This document shows positions 1 through 8,174 of a stretch of 64,000 nucleotides of DNA, one piece after another. The DNA is taken from assembly GCF_029945965.1 (NCBI RefSeq), contig NZ_JAQSDO010000005.1, forward strand, positions 2,279-66,278, in the 5' to 3' direction. The stretch's first letter is position 1. Each line of letters opens with the position of its first letter. The notes under the pieces were generated by a model. The model saw only the letters and a program-made list of their open reading frames with translations. It did not search any database and was not told the origin of the DNA. A program made the translations under genes and the position numbers. The DNA comes from Thermomonas sp. (GTDB taxonomy: Bacteria > Pseudomonadota > Gammaproteobacteria > Xanthomonadales > Xanthomonadaceae).

Positions 1-168
1 TGCGGTGCTTTGTTCGGAACTGGACACGGCGCCTGCGATGCGATCTTTCCATGCCGCCAGCGCATCGATGAAATACGCGACCGTGGAACCAGTGCCGACA
101 CCGACGATCATGCCGTCCTCGACATAGTCGAGGGCTTTCTCCGCAGCGCGTTTCTTTGCTTCACTCAT
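1..168 (-). CDS. rpiA: Ribose-5-phosphate isomerase A, 5' part (runs off window start)
   Basis: Manual translation from ATG at 168: [37 protein letters not shown]..., containing the RpiA GxGTGST motif. Not in the ORF track because it is truncated. Confidence 0.95.
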   Translation of the reverse strand, partial: MSEAKKRAAEKALDYVEDGMIVGVGTGSTVAYFIDALAAWKDRIAGAVSSSEQSTA

Positions 169-185
169 GACATATTCCAGAGGTC

Positions 186-668
186 TCATTCCAGGGACAG
201 CAGCAATTTCCACTGCGCGGCGGTCACCGGCAGCACGGACAGGCGCGAACCGCGTTGGGTCAGGGCGAAGCCATCGCCCAGCGCATCGGCATGTTGCTTG
301 ATCTCATCAAGTGGGATCGTCCGCTTGAGCGTGCGCTCATGGGACACGTCGACCAGTGACCAGCGCGGTTCCTCGTGCGTGCTCTTGGGGTCGAAGTAGT
401 CCGACTTCGGATCGAACTGGGTCGGGTCCGGATACGCCACGCTGGCGACCTGGGCGAGACCCACAATGCCCGGTACCTTGCAGTTGGAGTGGTAGAAGAA
501 CACCCCATCGCCCGGTTGCATCTGGCGCATGAAATTGCGCGCCTGGTAGTTGCGCACGCCGTTCCAAGGTTCGGTGCCGACGCGTTTCAGGTCATCAATG
601 GAAAATCCATCCGGCTCGGACTTCATCAGCCAGTAATGACGCTTTTTCCTGGAACCCGGTGTGGTCAT
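186..668 (-). CDS. EVE domain-containing protein
   Basis: [21 protein letters not shown] and GDGVFFYHS are EVE hallmarks. Start placed at the internal ATG at 668. Confidence 0.93.
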   Translation of the reverse strand: MTTPGSRKKRHYWLMKSEPDGFSIDDLKRVGTEPWNGVRNYQARNFMRQMQPGDGVFFYHSNCKVPGIVGLAQVASVAYPDPTQFDPKSDYFDPKSTHEEPRWSLVDVSHERTLKRTIPLDEIKQHADALGDGFALTQRGSRLSVLPVTAAQWKLLLSLE

Positions 669-678
669 GGGACGGTGC

Positions 679-1272
679 TCATGCAGTGGCCTTGGCGATG
701 TGGGTTGCGTTCTCGCAGCACACGGCATCCAGCGTCACGTCCCAGTCCTGGGACTCCACATGGTCAAGCTGCTGGATAGCGAACGCGGCGCCTACCAACC
801 ACGGCGGCGCCGGTTGCGATTGGCGGAATGCGAAGCTGCGATCGTACCAGCCGCCGCCCATGCCGAGCCGGTGGCAGCGTGCATCGAACCCCGCCAGCGG
901 CAGCACCACCAGGGACATCCGTTCGGGTTCCAGCAATGTGTCGGCCTCGACATCAGGTTCGGGAATGCCATGGCGATTGGTGACCAAGGCGCCGCCAGCC
1001 TTCCAAGGCGCGAAGCGCAAGCGACCGTCTTGGTGCAGCACGGGCAGGCAATAGTCCAGTGTGGGTGGCAGGCGTAGTTGCCAGGCATGCAGGCCGATCT
1101 CGCCATCCACCGCCCAGTAACCGGCGACAAAACCGCTTGTGGGCATGAATGGCAAAGTCAGTAGCCGCTCCGCCAACGATTCGGCGGCGGCAATACGGAT
1201 GGAGGCAGGTAGTGCGCGCCTGCACTCGCGCAGCGAGGTGCGCAGTGCGCGGCGATCAGGCGGTGGATTCAC
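679..1272 (-). CDS. ygfA: 5-formyltetrahydrofolate cyclo-ligase
   Basis: RLGMGGGWYDR, VVLPLAGFD and GIPEP motifs. Sits directly downstream of 6S RNA, the conserved ssrS-ygfA layout. Start uncertain (GTG at 1272 or 1281). Confidence 0.92.
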   Translation of the reverse strand: MNPPPDRRALRTSLRECRRALPASIRIAAAESLAERLLTLPFMPTSGFVAGYWAVDGEIGLHAWQLRLPPTLDYCLPVLHQDGRLRFAPWKAGGALVTNRHGIPEPDVEADTLLEPERMSLVVLPLAGFDARCHRLGMGGGWYDRSFAFRQSQPAPPWLVGAAFAIQQLDHVESQDWDVTLDAVCCENATHIAKATA

Positions 1273-1299
1273 GCGGTTCACACCGAGACGAAAGAAATG

Positions 1300-1478
1300 T
1301 CTCCGCCGTGGCGATGCATGCGAAACGACCTTGAACCCGGGGTTCAAGTGGGAACGCGTGGCGGCCTTTGGGCTTCCCGCTCAAGGCGGACATGCACTCC
1401 TGGACTCCAATGCGCCCCCGTAGTCGTAATTAAGGGACAAGGCGAATGTTTGCACACGCCGTCGCACACAGCAGAGGA
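1300..1478 (-). ncRNA. ssrS: 6S RNA
   Basis: About 180 nt between zapA and ygfA. The ends pair (UCCUCUGCUGUGUGCGAC with GCAUCGCCACGGCGGAGA), and it contains AACAUUCGCCUUG and CUUGAACCCCGGGUUCAAGG typical of gammaproteobacterial 6S. Confidence 0.9.
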
Positions 1479-1485
1479 CGTGGTC

Positions 1486-1491
1486 AGTATA
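1486..1491 (-). promoter_or_regulatory. Sigma70 -10 hexamer (TATACT) of the 6S RNA promoter
   Basis: TATACT on the minus strand, about 7 nt upstream of the predicted 6S 5' end. Confidence 0.65.
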
Positions 1492-1553
1492 GCGCGGGGG
1501 TGCTGGGAGCGACGGCCGTTTGTCGGTTGCAATCCGATGTCGGCATGACTGGT

Positions 1554-1868
1554 TCAGGACGTAGCGGGCAGCAATGCGTCGAGCTTCGCGTTGGCTTCGT
1601 CGAGCAACCTGAAGGCATCGCCATCGTGGCTGCCGGCATCGTCGCGTAGCTGTTGCAATTCGTGGGCCAGGTTCAATGCGGTGAGTACAGCAAGGCGGTC
1701 GGGCGACACCATCTTGTTGGTACCACGCAGTTCGCGCATGCGGGTGTCGAGCATGCGGGCGGCGGCGGTCAGACTGGCGCGCTCGACCTCGCTGACGCCG
1801 ACCGTGTATTCACGATCCAGGATGCGGATGGTGACCGGTTCGCTCTTGCCTGACTCACTGGTGCTCAC
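1554..1868 (-). CDS. zapA: Cell division protein ZapA
   Basis: VTIRILDREYTVGV, AARMLDTRMRE and LAVLTALNLAHE; position upstream of 6S RNA. Confidence 0.93.
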   Translation of the reverse strand: MSTSESGKSEPVTIRILDREYTVGVSEVERASLTAAARMLDTRMRELRGTNKMVSPDRLAVLTALNLAHELQQLRDDAGSHDGDAFRLLDEANAKLDALLPATS

Positions 1869-2086
1869 GTGTGCTGCTCCAGCGACTTGAGTCGGCCGAT
1901 CATCGCTTCGACCCGTGTGCGTGCCTGTTCCTGCTTGGCCAGCAATTGCGCGCGTTCGCCCGCCATTTGCTCATGCTGCTGGCGCAGGCTGCGGTTTTCT
2001 TCCTGGCTGCGTTGCAATTGCATGGCCAGCGCATCGATGCGTGCCAGCAGTTGCCGCAGTTCGCCGATCAAGTCGCGCTTGTCCAT
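1865..2086 (-). CDS. Short coiled-coil protein, TIGR02449/ZapB-like
   Basis: 73-aa coiled coil ending RVEAMIGRLKSLEQ, with a 4-bp overlap with zapA. Confidence 0.85.
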   Translation of the reverse strand: MDKRDLIGELRQLLARIDALAMQLQRSQEENRSLRQQHEQMAGERAQLLAKQEQARTRVEAMIGRLKSLEQHT

Positions 2087-2117
2087 CCCTGCACGATAGG
2101 CAGCCGATCCGACAGGG

Positions 2118-4445
2118 TCAAGGCACTGTGGAGACTGTCTCGACGGCGATAGAGGCATATCGCTCCGGCCAGTCGCGCACGAATTGCATGCAAACGTCGG
2201 CTTGCAGTGGGCGCGCGAGCCAATAACCCTGCACCACATCGCAGCCATGCTGGCGCAGGAAGGCCAGCTGTTCGGCGGTTTCCACGCCTTCGGCGACTAC
2301 GTCCAGGCCCAGCGAATGCGCCATCGCGATCACTGTGGTGGTGATCGCAGCGTCCTCGCTGTCATTGGGGCCACCAAGGTCGTCGATGAACGCCTTGTCG
2401 ATCTTCAGGGTAGTGATCGGCAGCCGGCGCAGGTAGGCCAGCGAGGAATAACCGGTACCGAAGTCGTCCACCGCGATCGAGACCCCGAGCTTGCGGAAGG
2501 TTTGCAAGCGTTCCGCGGCGAGTTCGGCATTGGCCATCAACACGCTTTCGGTGATCTCGATCTCCAGGTGGCGGGCATCCACGCCGGTTTCGCGCAGGAT
2601 GCGCTCCACTGTTCGCGGCAGGTCGCTGCGCAGCAATTGCACCGCCGAGACGTTGACTGCCATGGTCATGTCATGGAATCCGGCGCGATGCCAGTCTGCA
2701 AGCGTGTTGCAGGCTTCGCGCAGCACCCATTCGCCGATGGCGACGATCATTCCGCTTTCCTCGGCCAGCGGAATGAACTGGGCGGGCATCACTTCGCCAT
2801 GCTCGATGCTGTCCCAGCGCAACAAGGCCTCGACCCGATGGATGCCGCCGTCGGCCAGGCTCATTTGTGGCTGGTAGAGCAGGCGCAACTCGTCGCGTTC
2901 CTCCACACGGCGCAGCGCCGTGAGCAGGCCGGCGCGCCGGCGAGTGTGGCTGTCCATGGCCTCGGTGTAGCGCATGAAGGTATGCCGGCCGGCAGCCTTG
3001 GCTTGGTACATCGCGGTGTCGGCATGCTTGAGCAGGTCGGTCGGCACCTGCGCATGTTCGGGATACAGGCTGATGCCAATCGACGGGGTGACCACGATTT
3101 CCTGTCGATCATCGAGCAGGAAGGGCTCGTCGAAGGCATCGATCACGCGCTGCGCGCACAATTCGGCCTCGTCACCATGCGCCAGGTCCTCCAGCAGCAC
3201 GGTGAACTCGTCGCCACCGATCCTGGCTACCGTATGCGAGGCGCCCGTCGCCTGCTGCAGGCGTTGCGCGGCCATTCGCAGCATGCGGTCGCCGGTAGCG
3301 TGGCCCAGGGTGTCGTTGATGTCCTTGAAACGGTCCAGATCGAGGAACAGCAATGCGACGCAGGTGCCCTGGCGGCGTGCGCGCACGATCGCCCGCGACA
3401 GGCGCTCGGCAAGCAGGGTACGGTTCGGCAGGTTGGTGAGGGTGTCGTAATTGGCCAGGTAGCGCAGTTCCTGCTCGATCCGGCGGCGGTCGGTAATGTC
3501 CGAGGCCACCACCACGAACATCCGCCGCTGGGTCACCGGTTCCTGGATCGCGTGGACCTGCATCGCGCACAGATATTCGTTGCCATCCTTGCGCTTCTGC
3601 CACATCTCGCCGGTCCAATGGCCCTGTTGCGAGATCGTCAGGCGCGACTGCTCGTAAAATGCGGAGTCGTGCTGCTCGCTGTTGAGGATGCCGGCGTCCT
3701 TGCCGACCACGTCGGGTGCTTCGTAGCCGCTGATCCGGGTGAATGCCGGATTGACCGTCACGAACTGGAATGCATCGTCCACCACCACCACTGCTTCGGC
3801 CATGTCGTGCATGACTTCGGCGGCGATGCGGCGTTCGCGTTCCTGCTCGCGGCCGAAGGTGACGTTGCGTGCGGTGCCAGCGATCCGGGTGATCCGGCCT
3901 GCATCATTTCGCGCCACCGCGCGGCCACGGGCGCGCATCCATTGCCATTCGCCTTGCTCGTCCCGGATGCGGTGTTCGGACAGGAACATCGGCGCATCGC
4001 CGCGGAGGTACTGCTGAAGTCGCTTGATCACCAGGGGCAGGTCATCAGGATGGATCTGATGGTCGGTATCCAGATTGATGCTGAGGTTGAGATCGTCACT
4101 GCGGCCGGGTTCAATCTGGGTGCTTTCCAGTTCGTGGCGTTCCAGGTCGTACTGCCAATACAGTTCATTGGATGCCCAAAGCGACAGTCGCAAGCGCTGT
4201 TCGCGCTCACGCAGTGCACGCAGGTGCTCGCGTTGTTCCTGCTCACGACGTCGATGACCAGCCAGCAACAGGCCGGCCATCAACAGCACCAGCAGTGCAG
4301 CCAGCAGGGCGATGGTTTGCAAGAGAGGCAATGGCAGGGCCGCCTGCGACACAGGCGCCGCCAGTCCAATGCCCGCCAGCCCCGGTTTGCGAACGCAGGG
4401 ATGGGCAGCCGGACAACCAGCGCTCGGGGGAAAACGACGGGGCAT
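2118..4445 (-). CDS. Membrane-anchored PAS-PAS-GGDEF-EAL diguanylate cyclase/phosphodiesterase
   Basis: One hydrophobic TM segment, two PAS/PAC regions, ARIGGDEF, VEALLRW and DDFGTGYSS. Start codon uncertain. Confidence 0.93.
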   Translation of the reverse strand: MPRRFPPSAGCPAAHPCVRKPGLAGIGLAAPVSQAALPLPLLQTIALLAALLVLLMAGLLLAGHRRREQEQREHLRALREREQRLRLSLWASNELYWQYDLERHELESTQIEPGRSDDLNLSINLDTDHQIHPDDLPLVIKRLQQYLRGDAPMFLSEHRIRDEQGEWQWMRARGRAVARNDAGRITRIAGTARNVTFGREQERERRIAAEVMHDMAEAVVVVDDAFQFVTVNPAFTRISGYEAPDVVGKDAGILNSEQHDSAFYEQSRLTISQQGHWTGEMWQKRKDGNEYLCAMQVHAIQEPVTQRRMFVVVASDITDRRRIEQELRYLANYDTLTNLPNRTLLAERLSRAIVRARRQGTCVALLFLDLDRFKDINDTLGHATGDRMLRMAAQRLQQATGASHTVARIGGDEFTVLLEDLAHGDEAELCAQRVIDAFDEPFLLDDRQEIVVTPSIGISLYPEHAQVPTDLLKHADTAMYQAKAAGRHTFMRYTEAMDSHTRRRAGLLTALRRVEERDELRLLYQPQMSLADGGIHRVEALLRWDSIEHGEVMPAQFIPLAEESGMIVAIGEWVLREACNTLADWHRAGFHDMTMAVNVSAVQLLRSDLPRTVERILRETGVDARHLEIEITESVLMANAELAAERLQTFRKLGVSIAVDDFGTGYSSLAYLRRLPITTLKIDKAFIDDLGGPNDSEDAAITTTVIAMAHSLGLDVVAEGVETAEQLAFLRQHGCDVVQGYWLARPLQADVCMQFVRDWPERYASIAVETVSTVP

Positions 4446-4558
4446 CGGGCCAGTGTAGGCATGCAGGCATGGGGCTCACAACTATTAATGGGGGTCAGCA
4501 CGCGATCCGTGAGGTGCCTGGTTGCTACACTTGTGCTTCCCGCAACGAGAGCAACCGC

Positions 4559-5104
4559 GTGAGCGAGACCGATTTGCCGGGTTGGACCGATGTCGCCAGT
4601 GCCGCGGATCGGTTGTCATTGGCCAGCACCCCCGCGGAATTGCATGGTGCGCTATGCGGTTGGCTGGCAGCCGGTGGCACGGACGTGACGGCATGGCCGG
4701 CACTGGTGATGGCCGACGATTCATTGCCCGCCCCGATGCAGGGCGACGTCCTGGATTGCCTGCGCGGCGCCAGCGTGTCGCAGTTGGGCGATACCGACTT
4801 CGGCTTCCAGTTGCTGTTGCCTGACGAGAACGTGCCGGTCACCGAGCGTGCTGGCGCGATGTTCGACTGGTGCCGCGCGTTCCTGGGTGGTTTCGGCTTG
4901 GCGGTTGCCGACAAGAAGCTGTCCGAGGAAGGCGAGGAAGCGCTGAGCGACATCGCCAACCTGGCCGCGGCGCGGGTGGATGACGTGGATCCGGAAGGCG
5001 ACGAGGAGTCGCTGGCCGAGATCGAGGAATACCTGCGGATGGCGGTGCTGCTGTTACATGCCGATTGCACGCTCGGCCCGCGCCACCGCCAACGCCTGCA
5101 TTGA
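4559..5104 (+). CDS. UPF0149 (YgfB/YecA) family protein
   Basis: PAELHGALCGWL, FGFQLLLPD and WCRAFLGGFG; upstream of pepP. GTG start at 4559. Confidence 0.9.
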   Translation: MSETDLPGWTDVASAADRLSLASTPAELHGALCGWLAAGGTDVTAWPALVMADDSLPAPMQGDVLDCLRGASVSQLGDTDFGFQLLLPDENVPVTERAGAMFDWCRAFLGGFGLAVADKKLSEEGEEALSDIANLAAARVDDVDPEGDEESLAEIEEYLRMAVLLLHADCTLGPRHRQRLH

Positions 5105-5105
5105 A

Positions 5106-6428
5106 ATGGGCGTGACAGTGGCCGAACGTCGCGTGCTGTCGCGTCGCCGCCGGCAGCTGATGCAGGCGGCAGGTGATGGTGCGATCCTGATCCTGTCGGC
5201 CGCACCCGAGCGCATCCGCAGCCGCGATACCTATTACCCATACCGGCAGGATTCCGACTTCTGGTACTTGTCCGGCTTCGTCGAACCCGATGCGGTGCTG
5301 GTACTCGTGCCCGGCCGCAAGCATGGCGAGTCGATCCTGTTCTGCCGTGAGCGCGACCCCGAGCGCGAAGCCTGGGATGGTCCGCAGCTGGGACCGGAGG
5401 GCGCGGTCGAGGTGCTGGGCATCGACGATGCTTATCCGATCGGCGACATCGACGACATCCTGCCTGGCCTGCTGGAAGGTCGCGCGCGGGTGCATTACCA
5501 CCTGGGCCGTGATGCGGAGTTCGACCTCAAGCTGATCGGTTGGCTCAATCGCGTCCGTGCGCAGGTGCGGCAAGGCGCGCAGCTGCCTTACGAATTCCTG
5601 GCGCTGGGCCATGTGCTGGACGAAATGCGCCTGTTCAAGTCGGCCGGCGAATTGAAGCTGATGCAGCGCGCCGCCGACATCAGCGTGCTGGCGCACCGCG
5701 CCGCCATGCACGCCGCGCGTGCTGGCATCCACGAATACGAATTACAGGCTGAAGTCGAGCGCGTGTTCCGCATGCACGACGCGCAGCCGGCGTATTCCAG
5801 CATCGTCGGTGCCGGCGCCAATGCCTGCGTGCTGCACTACCGCGCCAACAGCGCGAAGTTGCGTGATGGCGAGCTGGTGCTGATCGATGCCGGTGCCGAA
5901 TACCGTAATTACGCCTCCGACATCACCCGCAGTTTCCCGGTCAATGGCCGCTTCAGCAAAGAGCAACGCGCCCTGCATGATCTGGTGTGCGCCGCGCAGG
6001 CGGCTGCATTGGCGCAAGCGCGGCCCGGTATGGCGTATGAAGCTGGGCACGCGGCTGCAGTGGAAACCCTGACCGACGGCCTGCTATCGCTTGGTCTGTT
6101 GAAGGGGCGCTTGAAACCTGCGATCGCCGCTGGCGATTACAAGCGCTTCTACCGCCACAAGACCGGGCACTGGCTGGGCCTGGACGTGCACGATGTCGGC
6201 GAATACCGCATCGAAGGCCAGTCGCGCCTGCTCGAGCCGGGCATGGTGTTCACGATAGAACCCGGCCTGTATGTCGCGCCCGGCGACACCAGCGTGGCGG
6301 CGAAATGGCGCGGCATTGGCATCCGCATCGAGGATGACGTGCTTGTCACCACCAACGGCCATCGCGTGCTGACCGATGCACTGGAGCGCAGTGCCGACCA
6401 GGTCGAGGCATTGATGGCAGCGGGTTGA
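5106..6428 (+). CDS. pepP: Xaa-Pro aminopeptidase
   Basis: YPYRQDSDFWYL, LIDAGAEY, DITRSFP, HKTGHWLGLDVHD, TIEPG and IRIEDD (M24B peptidase). Confidence 0.95.
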   Translation: MGVTVAERRVLSRRRRQLMQAAGDGAILILSAAPERIRSRDTYYPYRQDSDFWYLSGFVEPDAVLVLVPGRKHGESILFCRERDPEREAWDGPQLGPEGAVEVLGIDDAYPIGDIDDILPGLLEGRARVHYHLGRDAEFDLKLIGWLNRVRAQVRQGAQLPYEFLALGHVLDEMRLFKSAGELKLMQRAADISVLAHRAAMHAARAGIHEYELQAEVERVFRMHDAQPAYSSIVGAGANACVLHYRANSAKLRDGELVLIDAGAEYRNYASDITRSFPVNGRFSKEQRALHDLVCAAQAAALAQARPGMAYEAGHAAAVETLTDGLLSLGLLKGRLKPAIAAGDYKRFYRHKTGHWLGLDVHDVGEYRIEGQSRLLEPGMVFTIEPGLYVAPGDTSVAAKWRGIGIRIEDDVLVTTNGHRVLTDALERSADQVEALMAAG

Positions 6429-6451
6429 ACCGCTGCCACCGCTGATTTCGC

Positions 6452-7771
6452 CTACGCCGCGAACGCCTCACGAGTGAGGTTGAGCGCTTCGCCATCGGTG
6501 CAGGCCACTTCGTCCTCGATGCGGATGCCGCCGTATGGCTTGAATGTCTCCACCCGCGCCCAGTCCACGCTGTCGCCGAGGCCTTTCTGCTTGATTTCGC
6601 CCAGCAGCATGTCGATGAAGTAGAGGCCCGGTTCAATGGTGACCACCATGCCCGGCTGCAATACCCGGGTCAGGCGCAGGTAGGGATGGCCCTCAGGCTT
6701 GTCGATCGTGCCGCCGCTATCGCTGGCGGCGAAACCGCCCACATCGTGTACTTGCAGGCCGATTCCATGGCCGATGCCATGCGGGAAGAAAGCGCTGGAG
6801 ACGCCGGTTTCGACGGCGGTTTCCGCGGACACCATGATGACGCCGAAATCCTTCAGCACGCCGGCCAATGCCAGGTGCGCATCCAGGTGCAGTTGCTTGT
6901 AGTCGAAGCCGGCGCGCACCGAGGCGCACATCTTGAGTTGGGCGGCATCGACCGCTCGGATCATCGCGGCGAATTCGTCTTCCTGCGCCGAGTAAGTGCG
7001 GGTGATGTCGCAGGCATAGCCACCGAAACTGGCACCGGCATCGATCAGGAAACTGCGTGCCTGATTTGGCGGCACCCGGTCGCGGTCGGTGTAGTGCAGC
7101 ACGGCGCCATGTTCATTGAGCGCGATGATGTTGCCGTAGGGCAGGTCATTGGCGTCCTGGCCTGCAGCCTGGCAATAGGCCAAGTGGATGCCGAACTCGC
7201 TGGAACCGGCGCGGAACGCACGCTCGGCGGCGCGATGGGCGCGTACGCCGATGCGCTGGGCCTGCCGCATCATCTCGATTTCGTACGCGGTCTTGAACGC
7301 GCGCTGATAGTCCAGATAGTCCAGCACCGGCTGCGGATTGTTCGGGACGTAGCTGCCAATGGCGCTTTGCGCTTCGCCCAGGATTGCGCAGCGCGCGGTG
7401 TCCTTTGGCAGGTGCTGCAGGGCTTCGTCGGGCGTGCGGATGACAATGATGTCGAAATGCTCGACCCAGTAGCCGCTGGGTGCTTCCGGCACCACGTGCC
7501 AATAATCGTGTGGCTGCATGAACAGCAGTTTCGGCCGCTGGCCCGGGGTAATTACCAGCCAGCTACCAGGTGCACGGGTAACCGGCAGCCAGGCTTTGAA
7601 TTGCGGGTTCACCGCGTAGGGATAGTCGCGGTCGTCGAATACCTGGTAGAGCAGGGTTCCGCTGGGAATCAGCAGGTGCTCGAAGCCGCCGCGCTGCAGC
7701 GCAACTGCCGTGCGCGCATGCAGCGCATCGAGGTGTTGGGCGTACAGGCTCGCCAGTGCTGGGCTGTTCAT
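6452..7771 (-). CDS. pepQ: Xaa-Pro dipeptidase (prolidase)
   Basis: DDRDYPYAVNPQFKAW, LIDAGA, DITRT, FPHGIGHGIGLQVHD, TIEPG and GGIRIED. Confidence 0.95.
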   Translation of the reverse strand: MNSPALASLYAQHLDALHARTAVALQRGGFEHLLIPSGTLLYQVFDDRDYPYAVNPQFKAWLPVTRAPGSWLVITPGQRPKLLFMQPHDYWHVVPEAPSGYWVEHFDIIVIRTPDEALQHLPKDTARCAILGEAQSAIGSYVPNNPQPVLDYLDYQRAFKTAYEIEMMRQAQRIGVRAHRAAERAFRAGSSEFGIHLAYCQAAGQDANDLPYGNIIALNEHGAVLHYTDRDRVPPNQARSFLIDAGASFGGYACDITRTYSAQEDEFAAMIRAVDAAQLKMCASVRAGFDYKQLHLDAHLALAGVLKDFGVIMVSAETAVETGVSSAFFPHGIGHGIGLQVHDVGGFAASDSGGTIDKPEGHPYLRLTRVLQPGMVVTIEPGLYFIDMLLGEIKQKGLGDSVDWARVETFKPYGGIRIEDEVACTDGEALNLTREAFAA

Positions 7772-7841
7772 GGGGCATCTCCCGGGAGGCAAACCCCGAC
7801 TTTGACGGATTCCAACGAGTTTCGCAGTGACGATGCCGCGA

Positions 7842-8174
7842 CTACTGCTTGGGCTGGCACCATATGCGCAGGCGGCGGGTGGTATCCGGATCCAGCCCCA
7901 GGAAGCGCACGCCAGCCCATGACTGCCCGGGGGCGCTGGCATCGTCGAACCACAACACATGCGCGCCGACCTCGATGCTGCCTTCATCGCTGTCCGGCAG
8001 CACGAAGCGGCACTGGTACAACGCATCTTCGGTGAGCGGCACGCTGGCGATCAGCAACATCCCGCCAACCGACAGGTTGCCAAGGTGGCCCATGGATTGA
8101 CCGGTCATGGTGTCGATGACATCGATCATGCCGGCGACATCGCGCCGGTGCATGCGACGGGATTCCCTACCCAT
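7842..8174 (-). CDS. Stand-alone PilZ domain protein
   Basis: RRMHR (RxxxR) and NLSVGG (D/NxSxxG) c-di-GMP-binding motifs in a 110-aa protein. Confidence 0.88.
   Translation of the reverse strand: MGRESRRMHRRDVAGMIDVIDTMTGQSMGHLGNLSVGGMLLIASVPLTEDALYQCRFVLPDSDEGSIEVGAHVLWFDDASAPGQSWAGVRFLGLDPDTTRRLRIWCQPKQ

Noticed and set aside
1-2086. rpiA, EVE, ygfA, 6S RNA and zapA cluster
   Set aside because: Well-known conserved gammaproteobacterial arrangement.
2184-4562. 792-aa plus-strand ORF, and similar long antisense ORFs (6686-8035, 15353-17047, 26830-28284, 44432-45991)
   Set aside because: They mirror well-supported genes on the opposite strand and have no motifs; such shadow ORFs are expected in high-GC DNA.
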